DNA of 64,000 nucleotides. Source: Nitrospiraceae bacterium. GTDB lineage: Bacteria; Nitrospirota; Nitrospiria; Nitrospirales; Nitrospiraceae. The position numbers were made by a program, and so were the translations under genes. This document shows positions 40,912 through 52,294 of this stretch, piece after piece. Positions within the stretch are counted from its first letter, which is position 1. Each line of letters opens with the position of its first letter. The notes under the pieces are model-generated. The model did no database searches. It saw nothing but the letters and a program-made list of their open reading frames with translations, and was not told where the DNA came from. Location: the NCBI GenBank assembly GCA_050246315.1, contig JBFWWG010000001.1, positions 416,001 through 480,000 on the forward strand, in the 5' to 3' direction.

Positions 40912-42474
40912 TCAGGCGGCGCGGTCCCGGATTCGCTTAAAGCGGCCAACCGTTGGAGATCGAGTGCCTGATTGGTGTCGAAGCTGGTCCCAGTCGATCC
41001 ATACGTGACCGCCAGTAGCCTGGTGCAAATTCCGCCAGTTCTCGAGCAAGTTCAGGCAAGCATGATCGATGTGAGCCAGCGAGTCGGTGCGAATGACGAC
41101 ATCTGCGTGAGGAGGAATGATCTCCAAGGCCGAGGCCAGCTTCGGCAGGCCGACAAATGTCGCCACACCTTCCAGATGTAGGGCAAAGCGCCCGTCTTGA
41201 TCATGGGCATAGTAGGTATGCAGATTCTGAGTGGTGTAGATCAGCTTGGCGACGGTCAAGGCAACTCCGACCAGCACACCGGTCAATAAGTTCGTCGTGA
41301 CGATCGTGGCGAGCGTTCCCATATAGATCAATACTTCGTCGCGCCCATGACGGGACAGGTCTCGGATGGCTTGAAGGTTGATCAGCTTATAGCCGGTAAA
41401 TACAAGGACGGCTCCGAGGCTCGCCGTCGGGATCAACCGCAAGACAAACGGGAGGAAGGCCACGAACAACAGCAACCATAGGCCGTGGCATATGGTCGAG
41501 GCGCGCGTCCGAGCACCGGCCTGTACGTTGGCTGCGCTGCGGACGATGACCCCGGTCATGGGCAAAGCGCCTAGGAGGCCACAGAGCATGTTTCCAACTC
41601 CCTGGGCGAACAACTCGCGATTGTATCGAGTTCGCGGTCCCGTATGGATTTGATCTACAGCCGTGGCGGACAGTAAGGTTTCCACGCTGGCGATGACGGC
41701 AAGCGCCAGGGCTTCTGCCAGCATTGAGGTATCCAGCATGTGGGCAAGGTGCCCGGAGGTCGGAAGCTGAATGACCGCCAAGAGATTGTCGCGAACCTTG
41801 ACATGGTTGATGTCGAGGCCCAGCGCGAGGGTTGTGCCGGTCGCGATCGAGACGCCGACGAGCACGGCCGGCAGCGCCCGGAGCGCTCCTCTGGCCATCA
41901 GGTTCCATGCCACCATCCCTGTGATGGTAAGGATGCCGATTCGGGCCGCCAGGTGATGATTCAGGGGCGTCGCATCATCGGCCACGAGGCCTTTCCACAC
42001 GGCCGATGGCAACGTGAGGAGATTCTCAATCCCCGATCCCTTCGGGGAGTCGTCTATCATGACATGAACCTGACTCGCGAAAATCAATACGCCAATCCCA
42101 GCCAACATGCCGTGAATCACCGACGGAGATACGGCGCGGAACCATTGGCCGAGTTGAAGCCACGCCCAGGTAATCTGAAAGATCCCGGCCAGCAAGATGA
42201 CGATCGCCAATCGCTCCATGCCGTGCTCGTGAATCAGCTCCCACACGATTACGGTGAGACCGGCCGCCGGGCCGCTGACCTGAAGCGGGCTGCCGGCTAA
42301 GCACCCGACGATCATTCCGCCGATGATACCCGTAATGACGCCGGTTGCAGGAGGCGCTCCTGACGCCACGGCAATTCCCATGCACAATGGGAGGGCGACA
42401 AGAAAGACGACAACGGAGGCGAACAAATCCCGTTTTACGTCGGTCCAGGATGGACCTAAGAGGTTGAAAGGCAT
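40912..42474 (-). CDS. SulP/SLC26 anion (sulfate/bicarbonate) transporter
   Basis: VVFLVALPLCMGIA, QVSGPAAGL, ELFAQGVGN, PMTGVIVRS. Confidence 0.93.
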   Translation of the reverse strand: MPFNLLGPSWTDVKRDLFASVVVFLVALPLCMGIAVASGAPPATGVITGIIGGMIVGCLAGSPLQVSGPAAGLTVIVWELIHEHGMERLAIVILLAGIFQITWAWLQLGQWFRAVSPSVIHGMLAGIGVLIFASQVHVMIDDSPKGSGIENLLTLPSAVWKGLVADDATPLNHHLAARIGILTITGMVAWNLMARGALRALPAVLVGVSIATGTTLALGLDINHVKVRDNLLAVIQLPTSGHLAHMLDTSMLAEALALAVIASVETLLSATAVDQIHTGPRTRYNRELFAQGVGNMLCGLLGALPMTGVIVRSAANVQAGARTRASTICHGLWLLLFVAFLPFVLRLIPTASLGAVLVFTGYKLINLQAIRDLSRHGRDEVLIYMGTLATIVTTNLLTGVLVGVALTVAKLIYTTQNLHTYYAHDQDGRFALHLEGVATFVGLPKLASALEIIPPHADVVIRTDSLAHIDHACLNLLENWRNLHQATGGHVWIDWDQLRHQSGTRSPTVGRFKRIRDRAA

Positions 42475-42620
42475 TGCGGATCGAAGGCAGTGTGTCTATC
42501 CGATGACCGCTTCAAACTATAGCAAATGCCCGGCTATTCGGCCGGTCCGATACGGGCAGGCAGATGCCGCGTCCTGCTGAGGGAAGGCAGGAGATCGGAG
42601 GGACGAGATCGTCCGAACGG

Positions 42621-42971
42621 TCAATCTCCGCCTGCGTCGCGGCCGGTGGGGGCCTTGCCGCGACGCGCGGTGCGGAGCCGTATGCTATACCGAGGGGCTG
42701 AAATGGATTCGCTCCGGCAGTGGGGGCAGCGGCTTGGCTTCTTGATTTTCCTGCGGTCTCTGAAGACAAACCCGCAGTCCAGACATGCGGAAGGATCCAG
42801 AAGGAAATCCCTTGTGCGGTCTCGAGCCAACGATCGGATCACGTGCTTAAGGTGCTCCTCGACCTGTCGTTCCGGCAGCCCCAACCGTTCCGCAAGTTGA
42901 CGTGAGGACAGGTGTGTTCCGACAAGCAGGACCATCAGCCGCTGACGCGCTGTGAGGTCGTGGGGAGTCAT
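42621..42971 (-). CDS. HTH / Zn-ribbon putative transcriptional regulator
   Basis: HLKHVIRSL, CLDCGFVF, KPSRCPHCRSE. Confidence 0.8.
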   Translation of the reverse strand: MTPHDLTARQRLMVLLVGTHLSSRQLAERLGLPERQVEEHLKHVIRSLARDRTRDFLLDPSACLDCGFVFRDRRKIKKPSRCPHCRSESISAPRYSIRLRTARRGKAPTGRDAGGD

Positions 42972-43064
42972 GAGAATCTGTGAAGTGTACGGTTTGGATT
43001 CAGAACGACGTTCCTCACCAACGGTGCAGGCGGTTCAACTTCTGAGGATGCTATAATCAAACCC

Positions 43065-43553
43065 ATGTCGTGTCATGTTCATCAGACGGTCCGTCTCACG
43101 GTCCTTTTCATTCTGATCGGGATGGGTGCCCCGGGCTGCGCCAAGGATATCTACCAGCAGCGGGCTGACATCATCAAGGATCATACGCAGGCCTTTTATC
43201 GGAGCTTGGAGCAGGGGCGGGTCGCGGCCGCCGTCTCGGAGAACGAACAGATCGAAGGGCTCGCTCGCGAAATGGAACAGGGACTGGTCAAGCGCGCTTC
43301 GTCAATGGACAGTAACCAAAAGCTGCGCGAATGGTCTTTGATCAGAACGGCTAATCAAACCGCGATCGACAATTGGCTCAACCTCGGACGGTATTTGACC
43401 ACGACCAAACGGTATGATCAGGCGAAAGGCACCTATCAGCGTGTGATCGCGACATATGGAGAAAAAGGGAGCGAATATCGACCATGGGTGGATCGTGCGA
43501 GGTTGGGAGCTAAGGATGTGGACCTCATCCTTGATCCCACCCGCTCGGAATAG
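43065..43553 (+). CDS. Hypothetical lipoprotein
   Basis: Signal peptide ending PGC; TPR-like C-terminus. Confidence 0.7.
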   Translation: MSCHVHQTVRLTVLFILIGMGAPGCAKDIYQQRADIIKDHTQAFYRSLEQGRVAAAVSENEQIEGLAREMEQGLVKRASSMDSNQKLREWSLIRTANQTAIDNWLNLGRYLTTTKRYDQAKGTYQRVIATYGEKGSEYRPWVDRARLGAKDVDLILDPTRSE

Positions 43554-43612
43554 CGGAACGCACCACGGATTGAATACCCCCGGACCCTTGGGGCGCGATG
43601 GCTTGGCCGAAA

Positions 43613-44368
43613 CTACTTGAGGAGCTCCTTTACCCCTTGGACGGCCTCCGATAGAGATCGCCCCGCCGACTTTCCAGCCTCCTCGATCACGCTAGTTCCG
43701 TTCTTCGTCGCCGCCCCCGTCACCTCCCTTGCCAAGGCCGTCAGGACCTGGCCCGTAAGGTCTCCAATAGAAGTTGCCTGCGCGCCGTTGCCCAGGTCCT
43801 TCAACGTGATTTCGCCCAAGGAGACTCCCCGTAAGTTTGTCTTGACCGTTCCGGCCCGCAGCAGAACGTTCAATCTGGCGTCGACAATCCGGAGCTTCGT
43901 TACGATCACCTGGACCTGTCGACTCTCCTCGGACGGTTGCATCCCGTTTGGTGCTCGGTCGGAGGGACCGTGCGTCGTCGCCTGGACGTGATCCCGCAGG
44001 ATCGTGAGATTGTTGCGTGAGAGGCTGCCCTCGATCGTCACCTCCGGTCCCTCGATTACGATCTCACGAATCAGAATAGGACGATGCAAGAGGCTCGACC
44101 AATCGAGCGAGACACGAATCGCGCGAACACTCAAGGCGGTTGGTGTCTCATATTCCGACGGATTCCCGACACGCAATTCATTGAGAGCGATCCGACCGGA
44201 GAACAACGACAACTCCACGTTCTGTAGTTGCACCGGCGTCGTTGTCAGTCGAGAGCCGATATCCTCCACGGCTCGACGGAGCAGCGTCTCACCGAGCAGC
44301 GACAGGATGACGATGGTGACGGCAACGACCCCGATGCCGATCAGGGAGGCTATCTTGATCCGCTGCAT
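43613..44368 (-). CDS. AsmA-like protein
   Basis: N-terminal TM helix; LRVGNP, ILIREIVIEGPEV. Confidence 0.7.
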   Translation of the reverse strand: MQRIKIASLIGIGVVAVTIVILSLLGETLLRRAVEDIGSRLTTTPVQLQNVELSLFSGRIALNELRVGNPSEYETPTALSVRAIRVSLDWSSLLHRPILIREIVIEGPEVTIEGSLSRNNLTILRDHVQATTHGPSDRAPNGMQPSEESRQVQVIVTKLRIVDARLNVLLRAGTVKTNLRGVSLGEITLKDLGNGAQATSIGDLTGQVLTALAREVTGAATKNGTSVIEEAGKSAGRSLSEAVQGVKELLK

Positions 44369-45165
44369 GGGGAGGAGGCCGGCGTGAGGGGAGAATAGAG
44401 TTGATGCAACAATTGTTGAACCGCGGGACCCGCGTGTGAGGCGGCGGCAACGGTCCCTTCGAACGTCGGAATGGTCTGATTGAAGCGGAACGGGCGGCCC
44501 CGAGCATCCGAGATACTCCCCCCGGCCTCCTCGATCAGGAGGGTTCCCGCCGCGACATCCCATTCATTCTCCCGTTCGAACGTGATCATCGCGTCGGCGG
44601 CTCCGGTGGCGATCAGCGCCAGACTGTAGGCGATCGAACCGAGCGGCCGGCAATCGACCGTGTCGGCGACTCCCTTGAATCGGCCACGCTCGAATTCATA
44701 GGGATTGACGAGAAGGTTGAGACGGGGGGCAACCGGTGCCTCGGCGCGAACGGCATGACCGTTCAGTCGCGTACCGTCGCCTCTCGCCGCGGTGAAAAGG
44801 TCTCCGGTCGAAGGATTGTAGACGGCTCCTAGGACGACTCGTCCCAGCTCGATGAGTGCGGCGGAGATCACAAAGTGCGGGCGCCCCTTCATGAAGGCCC
44901 TGGTCCCGTCGATCGGATCGACGACCCAAACGCGTGGCTTGGAGAGTCGCGCTGGTGAATCGGGTGACTCCTCCGATAGCCAGCCGTCTTCGGGGAACGC
45001 ATCCAACAGCGCCTGTTCCAGCATTCGGTTGACCTCAAGATCGGCCGAAGTGACCGGCGAGGCATCGGACTTGGTCATGGTCTCGAATCCAGCGCTGGCC
45101 AACTGAAGGGCTCGCTGTCCGGCTTCGACCACGGCTTCGCACAAGACCGCATGCTCACGCTCCAT
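44350..45165 (-). CDS. cysQ: 3'(2'),5'-bisphosphate nucleotidase CysQ / inositol monophosphatase family
   Basis: KSDASPVTSAD, LSEE, WVVDPIDGT, EWDVAAG. Confidence 0.85.
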   Translation of the reverse strand: MEREHAVLCEAVVEAGQRALQLASAGFETMTKSDASPVTSADLEVNRMLEQALLDAFPEDGWLSEESPDSPARLSKPRVWVVDPIDGTRAFMKGRPHFVISAALIELGRVVLGAVYNPSTGDLFTAARGDGTRLNGHAVRAEAPVAPRLNLLVNPYEFERGRFKGVADTVDCRPLGSIAYSLALIATGAADAMITFERENEWDVAAGTLLIEEAGGSISDARGRPFRFNQTIPTFEGTVAAASHAGPAVQQLLHQLYSPLTPASSPCSGSR

Positions 45166-45730
45166 GGATCGCCTTTCGGGTTTGGTTTGGGGGTTGGTCG
45201 CAATGCCCCAGCTTCGCAGCCTCGATGTCAGAATACCAGCCCAGGCGGACGTCAGGGGAGAGAAAACAGAAAAACCATTCCGGCTGGTTGGGAACGTCCG
45301 AGGTATGGTCCACGTAATCCGTGGTTTTGCAAAAACAATTGGTTGGAGCGTCGGGCGGCTTCAGATCGCGCACCACGTGCGCTTCCCCAATCGCGCGGGC
45401 ACTTCATGCGCCACCTTTTCTCCCCATACGGAGAACGTCCAGAGAATGGGCGCGATGCCCGGGGCGGTCGTCATCGCGAGTTCGCCCTCGTCGGCCTTGC
45501 AGAGCCATCCCTTGCAGCAACATTTCTGGAGGTACCGATCCAGTCGCCGCTGGAATAGCTCACACTGAGGACACCAGCGAGGTCGAAGCCCTCACAACCA
45601 ATACGATCGCGAGCAACGAAGCGATCGTCTTCAGCATGGACACGGAGATTGTTGATGGAGATCTGGAGCGTTCCGACTCACCATGATTGGCCGAGGAGCC
45701 TTCTGGTCATGCATCCGTACCAGCTCCTCC

Positions 45731-46348
45731 CTAGAGGTCGGTGAACAACCATGGGGCTTCCGCTTTTCGCCTCGTCTCGTAAGCGGCGATAGCCGTTTCA
45801 TGCTTGAGGCTGAGGCCGATGGCATCGAGCCCATGAAGTAGACAGTCCTTGCGAAAGGGATCGATGTCGAACTGATATCGGTTGCCGTGAGGGGTCGACA
45901 CAGACTGCGTCGCGAGATTGACGGTGAGTTGATAGCCGGTCGATTCGGCCGCCTCCCTGAACAGCGCCTGCACCTCTGTCGGCTTGAGCACGACCGGGAG
46001 CACCCCGTTCTGGAAACAATTGTTGAAGAAGATGTCGGCGAAGCTGGGTGCGATCAGGCACCGGAATCCCTGGTCGAGCAGGGCCCAGGGCGCATGTTCG
46101 CGGGAAGAGCCGCAGCCGAAATTGTCGCGTGTCAATAGGATCGCGGCGCCCTCGTACCGCGGTTGGTTCAGGAAAAAACCGGGGTCGGGCGAGCCGTCGG
46201 CCCGGCGTCGCCAATCGTAGAACAGACCTTCCTTGAGGCCTGTCCGCTTGATGGTCTTGAGAAACTGCTTGGGGATGATCTGATCGGTGTCGACGTTGAC
46301 CCGATCGAGCGGGGCAACCAATCCGGTCAGGGTCGTGAAAGGTTGCAT
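45731..46348 (-). CDS. leuD: 3-isopropylmalate dehydratase small subunit
   Basis: [31 protein letters not shown] overlaps the leuC TGA. Confidence 0.97.
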   Translation of the reverse strand: MQPFTTLTGLVAPLDRVNVDTDQIIPKQFLKTIKRTGLKEGLFYDWRRRADGSPDPGFFLNQPRYEGAAILLTRDNFGCGSSREHAPWALLDQGFRCLIAPSFADIFFNNCFQNGVLPVVLKPTEVQALFREAAESTGYQLTVNLATQSVSTPHGNRYQFDIDPFRKDCLLHGLDAIGLSLKHETAIAAYETRRKAEAPWLFTDL

Positions 46349-47772
46349 CAGTTCCTCATTATGGGCGACGACGGCCAATAACGAATGTCCACGAAATGGC
46401 CTTCCACGGCCGCTGCCACCGCCATGGCCGGGGACACCAGATGCGTCCGGCCGCCGGCACCTTGACGGCCTTCGAAGTTTCGGTTGCTGGTGGAGGCACA
46501 TCGCTCACCGGGCTGGAGCACGTCCGCGTTCATCGCCAGACACATGCTGCATCCCGGCTCCCTCCATTCGAACCCCGCCTCCTTGAAGATTCGGTCCAGA
46601 CCCTCGTCCTCTGCCTGTTGCTTGACCAAGCCGGAGCCGGGTACGACCATCGCCCGGACCGTCTTCGCTACCTGCTTGCCCTTTGCAAACTGCGCGGCTA
46701 GACGAAGGTCTTCGATCCGTGAGTTCGTGCACGAACCGATAAAGACTCGATCGATCATGATCTCAGACAATGGGGTTCCCGGCGTGAGGCCCATGTATTC
46801 CAGTGCCCGCTTGGTCGAGTCACGTGATTTCTCGTCCGGCATGTCGCGCGGGTCCGGGACCTTCGTGTCGACGCCCGCCACCATGCCGGGGCTCGTGCCC
46901 CAGGTGATTTGAGGAGCAATCTCCTCGGCCCTCAGTTCAACCCGACGGTCAAACTGAGCGTCCGAGTCGGATGGCAATTCCTTCCAGGCATGCACGGCCT
47001 GCTCGAAGAGGGTGTCCTTGGGGGTCAGGGGGCGACCCTTGAGGTAGTCAACGGTTTGACGATCGGGGGCCACGAGCCCGGCCCGTGCGCCCGCTTCGAT
47101 CGACATATTGCACAGGGTCATGCGCCCTTCCATCGAAAGACCACGAATGGCCGACCCGGTATATTCGACGACGTAGCCCGTGCCTCCGGCCGCGCCGATC
47201 TTGCCGATGATGGCCAGGATGATGTCCTTGGCCGAACAGTGCCGCGAAAGTAGTCCTTCGACGCGGACCTCCATGGTTCTGGGTCGCTTTTGGATGAGAC
47301 ATTGGGTGGCAAGCACATGCTCCACCTCGCTCGTGCCGATGCCAAAGGCCAGCGCTCCAAAGGCTCCGTGCGTGGAGGTATGCGAGTCGCCGCAGACGAT
47401 GGTCATGCCGGGCAAGGTGAAGCCCTGCTCCGGTCCGATCACGTGGACGATTCCTTGGCGAGGATCGTTCATCTTATAGAGGGTGATGCCGAAATCGCGG
47501 CAGTTCTCTTCGAGCGTCGCAATCTGTTTGGCGCTGATGGGGTCTGCGATCCCCAGGCGACGGTCGGTGGTTGGAACATTATGATCGGGTACGGCCAAGA
47601 CGGAGCCGGGGCGACGCGACCTTCGTCCGGCCAGCTTGAGTCCTTCGAATGCCTGTGGAGAGGTTACCTCGTGCACCAGGTGGCGGTCGATATACAGCAA
47701 CGTCGTGCCATCGGGCTCCTGGCGGACCACATGGGCGTCCCAAATCTTTTCGAACATGGTCTTGCCAGCCAT
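46348..47772 (-). CDS. leuC: 3-isopropylmalate dehydratase large subunit
   Basis: [47 protein letters not shown]. Confidence 0.98.
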   Translation of the reverse strand: MAGKTMFEKIWDAHVVRQEPDGTTLLYIDRHLVHEVTSPQAFEGLKLAGRRSRRPGSVLAVPDHNVPTTDRRLGIADPISAKQIATLEENCRDFGITLYKMNDPRQGIVHVIGPEQGFTLPGMTIVCGDSHTSTHGAFGALAFGIGTSEVEHVLATQCLIQKRPRTMEVRVEGLLSRHCSAKDIILAIIGKIGAAGGTGYVVEYTGSAIRGLSMEGRMTLCNMSIEAGARAGLVAPDRQTVDYLKGRPLTPKDTLFEQAVHAWKELPSDSDAQFDRRVELRAEEIAPQITWGTSPGMVAGVDTKVPDPRDMPDEKSRDSTKRALEYMGLTPGTPLSEIMIDRVFIGSCTNSRIEDLRLAAQFAKGKQVAKTVRAMVVPGSGLVKQQAEDEGLDRIFKEAGFEWREPGCSMCLAMNADVLQPGERCASTSNRNFEGRQGAGGRTHLVSPAMAVAAAVEGHFVDIRYWPSSPIMRN

Positions 47773-47921
47773 CCTGAAATCCTTGAGTTCGGTCTTGACG
47801 TGATGAACAGCGTGCTACACTTAGGCCCAGCATTATACATGTGTCGTGGGCCGGAGAGGCAAGGGGCATCTGACCGGCATCAGCGCTTCAGTGTCGAGCG
47901 CGAGAAACCGAAAGAGCATTT

Positions 47922-48149
47922 ATGAAATCACGATCCGTCGAGGCCGGACGCATCAGAATTCCACGGTGGACCATCTGGCGCCAGGCCGAACCGCTGGGCT
48001 GCCCCCACTGCGGCTCGATCATCGTATCGATTAAGGCAGACGCTCGGCAGGTCTCCTTTTGCGAATGTCGAATGATCGAGGATCGGCAAGCGGCTTCCTC
48101 ACGGAAGCGAACGAGACAAGCAGAAGAGCACAACGACCAGCGCGAGTAA
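47922..48149 (+). CDS. Possible small Cys-motif protein
   Basis: CPHC...CEC; fills the gap before the next gene. Confidence 0.35.
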   Translation: MKSRSVEAGRIRIPRWTIWRQAEPLGCPHCGSIIVSIKADARQVSFCECRMIEDRQAASSRKRTRQAEEHNDQRE

Positions 48150-48158
48150 ATCCATCCC

Positions 48159-48752
48159 ATGCGACCATGGCCGTTGTGGTTTGTCCGTCCGCCCCTTCTC
48201 ATTGCCTGGTTGGGGCTCCTGAGCCTTGATGCCGAATGGCAGCTCGGCTGGGCGGACGACCGCCCATCGAAACCGACGGCGCTCCATTCCATCGTTGAGG
48301 CAGCCGAATCCGATCCCTTTGCAACCCGTTCTTGCCGCCGAGTAGATCTGCTGGGCACTTGGGAGTTGGTCACATTTACGGCCAGGTTTCGAGCCAAAGA
48401 TCCGACCGCAGCCTACCTCTATCCGCATCAGGTCTTTCAATTCTCTGTGGATGGGTCGATGAAATCTGCGCACTCCCCCAAGGCGTTCGTTGGGTCGCCC
48501 GGTCACATCCTGGACAAGGTTCCGTCGGTGCTCAGATACGAGATGGACGCTGACTATCCCGGACGGATCACGGTGAGATCGAACGGCTCCGGAACCGCAG
48601 CGGAGACGTGGCAATGTCTCACGATCACCTCCGACCAAACTGGGCGGAATCGCCCTGTTCCTGCATCACCTGGCGACCTGGTGATGACCCTTGTGGGAAA
48701 GAATGGAGAACCGCTGTTTGTTCGCTACCTCCGCAAGCCCTCACGCCGCTGA
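48159..48752 (+). CDS. Hypothetical secreted protein (lipocalin-like GTW motif)
   Basis: Hydrophobic N-terminus; DLLGTWELV. Confidence 0.6.
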   Translation: MRPWPLWFVRPPLLIAWLGLLSLDAEWQLGWADDRPSKPTALHSIVEAAESDPFATRSCRRVDLLGTWELVTFTARFRAKDPTAAYLYPHQVFQFSVDGSMKSAHSPKAFVGSPGHILDKVPSVLRYEMDADYPGRITVRSNGSGTAAETWQCLTITSDQTGRNRPVPASPGDLVMTLVGKNGEPLFVRYLRKPSRR

Positions 48753-48858
48753 CGATTGAGCCTCATCCCTGATCCGTGCTAACTAAGTCGTGCAGACGGC
48801 GTTGCCGCCTCGACTGAGATGAACCCTAGCAGTCGATCCTAATTTGAGGCCACGCGGA

Positions 48859-49362
48859 ATGGATTCACGATCCGTACAGATGCCTTGGTTGGAACCCGGC
48901 CTCGTCGAGTGGGTGCAGTGGTTGCTGGACAGCTTTCGGGACTTGACGGGGAAAGAGTTGTGCGCTCGGGAAGGGTCAGAAGCAGCGCAGGCCGCGGCAC
49001 TCTTTTCCGCACCATGTGTCGTGGTCTCGCATGGAATGGAAGCCGATCCGGTCCTCAATTATGGGAATCGACAGGCCCTCATCCTGTGGGAGATGACATG
49101 GGCGGACCTCACCCGCACGCCATCGCGTCTGACAGCGGAACCGGTCGACCAAGCTAAGCGGGAACAGATGCTCATGCGCGCTGTGAGTCAGGGATATATC
49201 GACGACTATCGTGGCATCCGTATCTCACGGACGGGACGTCGATTTCTGGTGGAGGGTGCGACGGTGTGGAATGTGCAGGATCTGCAGAGGCAGCGGCGAG
49301 GACAGGCGGCGACCTTCACGACGTGGACGTTTCTAGATGCCGATCAGCGCGTACCCAGGTAG
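48859..49362 (+). CDS. MEKHLA domain protein
   Basis: VVSHG...DPVLNYGN...PSRLTAEP...YRGIRISRTGRRF...GQAATF. Confidence 0.92.
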   Translation: MDSRSVQMPWLEPGLVEWVQWLLDSFRDLTGKELCAREGSEAAQAAALFSAPCVVVSHGMEADPVLNYGNRQALILWEMTWADLTRTPSRLTAEPVDQAKREQMLMRAVSQGYIDDYRGIRISRTGRRFLVEGATVWNVQDLQRQRRGQAATFTTWTFLDADQRVPR

Positions 49363-49562
49363 GTAAATCGGGGGACACTTTTGCCATTGACGGTGGCGGG
49401 CTCCACAAACTTCGTTTTGGGCCGCACCCACAAGTCGAAATTTCCGTATAACGCTCGATAGACCACTAATTCTTCTTCCGTTTCCGTGTGTTTCGCACAG
49501 GCGATGACGCGATACTCCTTCCCTTTGTAGTGGCGATATCGTCCTGGTCGCACGGTGACCAT
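49344..49562 (-). CDS. DUF1653 domain protein
   Basis: GRYRHYKG, HTETEEELVVYRALYG, LWVRP. Confidence 0.9.
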   Translation of the reverse strand: MVTVRPGRYRHYKGKEYRVIACAKHTETEEELVVYRALYGNFDLWVRPKTKFVEPATVNGKSVPRFTYLGTR

Positions 49563-50094
49563 GGTGGTCGATCCTCCCGACATGGCCCTAGTATACCTCA
49601 TGGGATGGACCGGCCGATCGAAATGTGATCATCTCGTCGGCTTACGGCAGGTTCCAGGGAAGGAGCATCACGGAGGCGATCGTGAAGGGCAGGAGACGCA
49701 AGACACGTAACGGAAGCGACGAGCGCTCAGAACCGGAGGCGATATTGGGAGCGGCGGTTTCGGGATCAGGCCTCGGGCTGATGCCTCGGGAGCGGAGTTG
49801 ACGGTCTCGCTTTCTACCCATGGTGGTGAACTCTAGCAAAGGGATCAGCCTCCTCACAACCGACATCGACACGGAACCGGGTCGCCGGGGTCAACAGTGC
49901 CGAAATATGAAGAGGGGGTTCTCCTTCGTTCGAGGAGCCGGCAAAAGCCTGGGGCCAAGCCGCGACAGTACATCGATTCGGTCGGTTCTAAGCAAGAAAG
50001 GCCTTCGCCAACCCGCACGGGACTTCGTTACAATACAATTAGGGTGCGTCGCCGAGCCTGTAGGCGACGCTCTCCTTGAGAACAGGACAGATCC

Positions 50095-51498
50095 ATGACT
50101 CACGATGTCATCGTCATCGGCGGCGGATCGGCGGGCTATGCGGCGGCGAGAACGGCTCGCGACGCGGGAGCCACAGTCGGAATCGTCGACCATGGTCCTC
50201 TCGGCGGGCTCTGTATCCTGCGAGGTTGTATGCCGAGCAAGGCGATTCTGCGGTCGGCGGAGATCGCAGCGCTGATGAGGCGGGCTAAGGAATTCGGGTT
50301 GGAACCGGTCCCGGTGCGCGCGGATCTGAGCGCCATTGTGGACCGTAAGAATCGCCTCGTGCAGGAATTTGCGAAGGACCGAATCGAAGCCCTGAAAGAT
50401 CGCCGCTTCATGCTCTATCAAGAACGTGCGATGTTTACGTCTCCCCATGAAGTTCGGGCCGGGGGACATGTCCTGACGGCGCGGTCGTTCATTATCGCAA
50501 CCGGGTCGATGTCGTGCGACGTGCTCATCCCCGGCCTGGAGGAGTCGGGCTATGAAACCAGCGATAGCATCCTCGATCTTCGCGAGCAGCCCGCCTCGTT
50601 GGTCATCCTCGGGGGCGGCGCCGTCGCCACGGAGTTCGGGCAATTCTTTGCGCGAATCGGCACTCGGGTCACGATCCTCCAAAGAGGTGAACATCTTCTG
50701 TCCGACTTTGACAGCGAGGTTGGACGCACCGTGGAAACGGCGTTTCGGCATGAAGGCATCGAGGTGCACCTGGGTTGCGAAGTCACGCGTGTGACCCGTC
50801 AAGGTGGAGCGAGCCTGATCGAATTCGAACAGGCTGGGCGAGTCCGAAGCGTCACCGGTGAGCGAATCCTCCAAGCCCTCGGGCGCAAGGCGAATATTGC
50901 CGGGCTGAATCTGGAGGCGGCAGGGGTGGCTGTCCGGGAGGGTCGCCTGGTCTTGGATGAGGAAATGCGGACTTCGCAGCCACACATTTTCGCGGTCGGT
51001 GATGTCAACGATCTCAACCCCATCGTGCATATCGCAATCCAGCAAGGAGAGATCGCTGGCTACAACGCCACCCATCCAACGGCCGTCCCGAAGCGGGTGG
51101 ACAACCGGCTCAACTCCGACGTGATCTTTACCGATCCGCAGGTGGCGGCCGTAGGGTTGAGTGAGACGGCATGCCGCCGAAGCGGCATCTCGTACCTCGT
51201 TGCCTCCCATCCATTTGCGGATCATGGGAAGGCCCTCTGTTCCGGCCAGACCCAGGGATTTGTGAAGCTGCTCTGCCAACCTCGGAGCGGGCAGGTCCTC
51301 GGTGCACAGATCGTCGGACCAGAGGCGGGGGAACTTGTTCACGAACTGGCGGCTGTCATGTATTACCGCGGAACCGTGCATGATCTGTTGCGGATCCCGC
51401 ACTACCATCCGACATTGGCCGAGATTGTCACCTATCCTGCCGAAGAACTGGTGGGTCGGCTTCAGTCTGAGGTCCATTCGGGTAGCCAACCGGAATGA
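50095..51498 (+). CDS. Pyridine nucleotide-disulfide oxidoreductase (Lpd/MerA family)
   Basis: IGGGSAG, GGLCILRGCMPSK, HYHPTLAE. Confidence 0.92.
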   Translation: MTHDVIVIGGGSAGYAAARTARDAGATVGIVDHGPLGGLCILRGCMPSKAILRSAEIAALMRRAKEFGLEPVPVRADLSAIVDRKNRLVQEFAKDRIEALKDRRFMLYQERAMFTSPHEVRAGGHVLTARSFIIATGSMSCDVLIPGLEESGYETSDSILDLREQPASLVILGGGAVATEFGQFFARIGTRVTILQRGEHLLSDFDSEVGRTVETAFRHEGIEVHLGCEVTRVTRQGGASLIEFEQAGRVRSVTGERILQALGRKANIAGLNLEAAGVAVREGRLVLDEEMRTSQPHIFAVGDVNDLNPIVHIAIQQGEIAGYNATHPTAVPKRVDNRLNSDVIFTDPQVAAVGLSETACRRSGISYLVASHPFADHGKALCSGQTQGFVKLLCQPRSGQVLGAQIVGPEAGELVHELAAVMYYRGTVHDLLRIPHYHPTLAEIVTYPAEELVGRLQSEVHSGSQPE

Positions 51499-52241
51499 CG
51501 AAGGTCGGCCGAACTGTGATGCCGCTGATTCCTATCCGGAGCTTCATTCTGTCCTGTGTGGCCGTGCTGGTGGTTGGACCGCTGGCGATGTCATGCAGCA
51601 GCGAGTCATGGGAGGAGACCATGGCGGCGGGGCAGCGGGCGCTTCAACAGCGAGACTACGCAAGTGCCGAGCGGCGGTTTCTGACTGCGGTGAAGCAGGC
51701 AGAGGCCTTTGGGCGGGAAGATCGGCGTGTAGCCGTCTCGCTCTCGCAGTTGGCGGAGGTCTACGCCGTCCAACGGCGGTATGTCGAGGCGGAGCCGGTC
51801 TATGGACGGGCGTTGGTGGTCTATCAGGCGGTATACGGTGAGGACCATCCAGATGTTGCAGCGGTGCTCAACAATTTGGGCGTGATGCATCGCCTTCACG
51901 GGCAGTTCAGCGAAGCGGAGCCGCTTCTGAAGCGTGCGTTGGCCACTAAGGAGAAGGTCTACGGGCCCGATCATGTGGAAGTGGCCATCACTCTCGGCAA
52001 CCTGGCGCAACTCTACGCTGCGCAAGGACGATTCAACGACGCCGAACCGTATTATCGGCGCGCGCTGTCTGTGCGGGAGAAGGTCCTGGGTGACAGGCAT
52101 CCGGAGGTTGCCAAGAGTCTCGAGGATTATGCAGTCCTGCTCCGGACGATGGGACGCGAGAAGGAGGCGCTGCCACTCGAATCTCGTGCCCAAGGCATTC
52201 GGGTGCAGGGAGCGCCTCGTCCAACGACCTCACCGCGTTGA
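51495..52241 (+). CDS. TPR lipoprotein
   Basis: Repeats of HPDVAAVLNNLG...AEPLLKRAL. Confidence 0.88.
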   Translation: MTKVGRTVMPLIPIRSFILSCVAVLVVGPLAMSCSSESWEETMAAGQRALQQRDYASAERRFLTAVKQAEAFGREDRRVAVSLSQLAEVYAVQRRYVEAEPVYGRALVVYQAVYGEDHPDVAAVLNNLGVMHRLHGQFSEAEPLLKRALATKEKVYGPDHVEVAITLGNLAQLYAAQGRFNDAEPYYRRALSVREKVLGDRHPEVAKSLEDYAVLLRTMGREKEALPLESRAQGIRVQGAPRPTTSPR

Positions 52242-52294
52242 GTTACGGCGAGACTATATGGACAGTCGCGGCGCAGTCGGTGTAGCGTGAGGCT

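Noticed and set aside
49891..51489. Long antisense ORFs (also 5434-6375, 13263-14633, 16309-17832, 19821-21038)
   Set aside because: Each lies opposite a well-supported gene, as expected in high-GC DNA.
50095..51498. Mercuric reductase merA
   Set aside because: No C-terminal Cys-Cys pair, no NmerA domain and no mer genes nearby.
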